DNA from: Candidatus Iainarchaeum sp. | GTDB taxonomy: Archaea > Iainarchaeota > Iainarchaeia > Iainarchaeales > CSSED10-239 | Assembly (NCBI GenBank): GCA_028700905.1 | Contig: JAQVRT010000033.1 | Coordinates: 1 to 8,215 of the forward strand | DNA: 8,215 nucleotides | Direction: 5' to 3' | The notes under the pieces: model-generated | What the model was told of the DNA's origin: nothing | The model's database searches: none | The model's input: only the letters and a program-made list of their open reading frames with translations | Translations under genes and position numbers: made by a program | Part shown: piece by piece, positions 6,312 through 8,215 of the stretch | Layout of the letters: each line of letters opens with the position of its first letter | How positions within the stretch are numbered: position 1 is the stretch's first letter

Positions 6312-6763
6312 CTTGCATATAAATTTAATTCTATTTGATGTTCTAATAATACTTTAGACCATAAATTATTAATTGATTCTTGAATATAAAAAAGTGCTTC
6401 TTCTTTATTTTTAATTTTATCTAGAATTAATCTTATTTGATTCCAAGGTAATTGTGCCACAACTTGTGGCACATTTTCTGTTTTAAAAAATAAATAGAAT
6501 TTTCTCATATAAAATAAATTTCTTCTCGAAAAACCTTTTACATTAGGGAATTCTTTTCTTAAATCTTTTTCTATTTGCCCAATTAAATTTATTCCCCAAT
6601 TACTTTCTTTTTGTTTAAAATAAATTTCTTTTCCAAGAGTGTAATAAAGATTAATTAATTCTGAATTTACTTTTAATATTGCATTTTGTCTTGATTTAAT
6701 AATGTTTTCTTTAATTTTAGAAATAAATTCTATATATTCTTTATTAAATATATTTTTTTCCAT
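6299..6763 (-). CDS. N-terminal domain of a DUF1016/YhcG-like nuclease (truncated by a frame break)
   Basis: 154 aa. IKSRQNAILKVNSELINLYYTLGKEI...WGINLIGQIEKDLRKEFPNVKGFSRRNLFYMRKFY...VAQLPWNQIRLIL...EALFYIQESINNLWSKVLLEHQIE matches the YhcG N-terminal helical domain pattern. Full-length family members are about 340-380 aa, and this ORF stops right after an A8 run. Confidence 0.8.
   Translation of the reverse strand: MEKNIFNKEYIEFISKIKENIIKSRQNAILKVNSELINLYYTLGKEIYFKQKESNWGINLIGQIEKDLRKEFPNVKGFSRRNLFYMRKFYLFFKTENVPQVVAQLPWNQIRLILDKIKNKEEALFYIQESINNLWSKVLLEHQIELNLYARKKT
6304..6311 (-). other. A8 homopolymer (A_AAA_AAA in the 0 frame) at the DUF1016 frame junction
   Basis: The - strand reads gca aga aaa aaa aca TAA. 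Re-reading one A (-1), or adding one A, joins ...LYARKK to NINNNFLNTLPKK... and gives a protein of about 335 aa. Confidence 0.6.
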
Positions 6764-6780
6764 ATCTTATCTATTCTAGA

Positions 6781-6796
6781 TATATTTTATATTTTT
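6781..6796 (-). promoter_or_regulatory. TATA-like box upstream of the DUF1016 gene
   Basis: The - strand reads AAAATATAAAATATAT, centred about 25 nt upstream of ATG 6763. That spacing fits an archaeal TATA box driving a leaderless or short-leader mRNA. In DNA this AT-rich the match is weak evidence. Confidence 0.3.
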
Positions 6797-6800
6797 ACAA

Positions 6801-6842
6801 AAATATATCTCTTTTCAAGCAGGGGGTAGCTGGCTGAGTAAA
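6801..6842 (+). repeat. Direct repeat copy 3 (42-bp shared core), one C-to-T difference from copy 1 (GGCTGAG, T at 6835)
   Basis: AAATATATCTCTTTTCAAGCAGGGGGTAGCTGGCTGAGTAAA. After GAGTAAA it diverges from copies 1 and 2. A TTAATTT...AG remnant reappears at 6855-6867. It lies between the DUF1016 gene and the divergent nuclease gene. Confidence 0.9.
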
Positions 6843-6942
6843 AAAGATTAAATTTTAATTTCTATAGCCAATAACCTACATTAACATTATAAACTCTTTC
6901 TCTCTTAAATATATTATTAAATATAAAAAATAAGATTATATT

Positions 6943-8157
6943 ATGAGATATTCACATTCTTCCATGGAGACTTTTAGAAATTGTCCTCTTCAATTTAAAT
7001 ATAAGTATATTGAAAAAGTAGATATACCTATTAAAAATAATATAGAAGCATTCATGGGTTCAATGGTCCATAATACTTTAGAAAAATTATATACAGATCT
7101 AAAATATAATAAATTATTGTCTTTAGAAGAAGTATTAGATTATTACAATAAATCTTGGACAGATAATTTTTCATTTGATAAAGTAGAAATTATAAGAGAA
7201 GGTTATACTGAAGAAAACTACAAGTCTTTAGGTCAAGATTACCTAAAAAATTATTATAATACTTATAAACCTTTCAATCAAGGAAAAACTATTGGCCTTG
7301 AAATGCAAGTAAATATTTCTTTATATGATAAAGAAAGACAAAAAACTTATGATCTTATAGGTTATATTGATAGACTTTCTTTAGTTTCAGATAATCATAT
7401 AGAAATTATAGATTATAAAACAAATAATTCTGCAAAAACTCAACAAGAGGTAGATGTTGATAAACAACTTGCTCTTTATTCTATAGCAATTAAAGAAAAA
7501 TTTCCTTTTGTTGAAAAAATAGATCTTTGTTGGTTTTTTTTGTCAGCTGGTATAAAACAAGTTTCAACAAGAACTGTAGATGATTTAGAAAAATTAAAAC
7601 AAGAAACAATAGAAATTATAAGAGAGATTGAAGATTCTAAGCAAAAAAATAATTTTCCAGGTAAACCTTCTGCTCTTTGTGATTGGTGTGCTTTTAGGTC
7701 AATTTGTCCTTTTAAAGCACACGATGTTATTACTAAAAATCTTCCAGAAAATGAATATTTAAAAGAAGAGGGTGTCTTTTTAGTTGATAAGTATCAAGAA
7801 TTTACTGAAAAAAAGAAAGCTTTACTTGAAAAAATTGATCCAGAGATTGAAAAATTAAAAGAAGCAATAATTAATTATTCTAAAAAGAATAATTTAGAAA
7901 AGCTTTTTGGAAAAGAAAAATCTTTAATTGTAAAAGAATATTCTTCTTTTAAAATACCTGAAAAAAAATCAAAAGAAAGAGAAGAACTTGAAGCTCTTTT
8001 AAAGGAAAATAATTTTTGGCCTTTAGTTTCTGATCTTTCATATATAGAAATTTCAAATCTTATAAAAAATGGTTTTTTTGAAAGTTCTTTTAAAGAAAAG
8101 CTTTTAAAATATTTAAAAGAAGAAAAAATAAATAGACTTTACTTAAATAAAAAATAA
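6943..8157 (+). CDS. Cas4/RecB/AddB-family PD-(D/E)XK nuclease with a 4-Cys Fe-S cluster motif and a C-terminal extension of about 140 aa
   Basis: N-terminal Cys in SMETFRNCPLQFKYKYI. Nuclease motifs GYIDRL and EIIDYKT, then QLALYSIA. C-terminal Cys triad CDWCAFRSIC. Residues from about 265 to 404 are a Lys/Glu-rich, probably helical extension that I do not recognise. Confidence 0.8.
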   Translation: MRYSHSSMETFRNCPLQFKYKYIEKVDIPIKNNIEAFMGSMVHNTLEKLYTDLKYNKLLSLEEVLDYYNKSWTDNFSFDKVEIIREGYTEENYKSLGQDYLKNYYNTYKPFNQGKTIGLEMQVNISLYDKERQKTYDLIGYIDRLSLVSDNHIEIIDYKTNNSAKTQQEVDVDKQLALYSIAIKEKFPFVEKIDLCWFFLSAGIKQVSTRTVDDLEKLKQETIEIIREIEDSKQKNNFPGKPSALCDWCAFRSICPFKAHDVITKNLPENEYLKEEGVFLVDKYQEFTEKKKALLEKIDPEIEKLKEAIINYSKKNNLEKLFGKEKSLIVKEYSSFKIPEKKSKEREELEALLKENNFWPLVSDLSYIEISNLIKNGFFESSFKEKLLKYLKEEKINRLYLNKK

Positions 8158-8159
8158 TT

Positions 8160-8215
8160 TTATTTATTTCTCATAAAAAACTCTAAAACTTCTTGTTTAG
8201 TTTTACCTGTTTTTT
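8160..8215 (-). CDS. Possible 3' end of a - strand ORF entering from beyond the window
   Basis: The - strand reads ...KTGKTKQEVLEFFMRNK* with TAA at 8160-8162, 2 nt from the convergent nuclease stop. Only 18 codons are visible, which is too short to assess. Confidence 0.2.
   Translation of the reverse strand, partial: KTGKTKQEVLEFFMRNK

Noticed and set aside
5000-6842. CRISPR array interpretation of the three direct repeats
   Set aside because: The intervals between copies are 664 and 1035 bp and hold complete protein-coding genes with their own promoter-like regions. That is far outside CRISPR spacer size. The 51-bp repeat is also longer than typical CRISPR repeats.
6831-6870. Possible stem TGGCT (6831-6835) / AGCCA (6866-6870) extending repeat copy 3 into a structured RNA
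   Set aside because: The stem has only 5 bp and encloses a 30-nt AT-rich loop. It is absent from copies 1 and 2, so it has no support as a conserved structure.

Overview
Very AT-rich window (about three quarters A+T by eye). The gene content looks archaeal, most plausibly a small-genome or DPANN-like archaeon. It splits into two parts. Positions 1-3684 are a + strand housekeeping block: the SRP54 M-domain end, an A24 prepilin/preflagellin-type peptidase, an MFS-like permease and a tRNA-guanine transglycosylase. Positions 3709-8157 look like an accessory or defence-type island. On the - strand it carries a secreted hypothetical protein, a RadC-like JAB protein, a RelE/ParE-like toxin with a small upstream partner, and a frameshifted DUF1016/YhcG PD-(D/E)XK nuclease. 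A divergent Cas4/RecB-like Fe-S PD-(D/E)XK nuclease sits on the + strand. The most unusual structure is a near-identical 42-51 bp direct repeat with a GC-rich core, present three times (5000-5050, 5715-5765, 6801-6842). It cuts the - strand accessory genes into discrete cassettes and overlaps the stop codon of each cassette's last gene. It is not CRISPR, not a tRNA and not a canonical attC. I read it as a candidate site-specific recombination or cassette-array system, but this is unproven. Two coding anomalies also stand out. SRP54 has an in-frame TAA. The DUF1016 nuclease has a -1 frame break exactly at an A8 slippery run, and its downstream 198-codon open frame contains no ATG, GTG or TTG. 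All three stop codons terminate ORFs here, so the standard code is assumed. No rRNA, tRNA or CRISPR array was seen.
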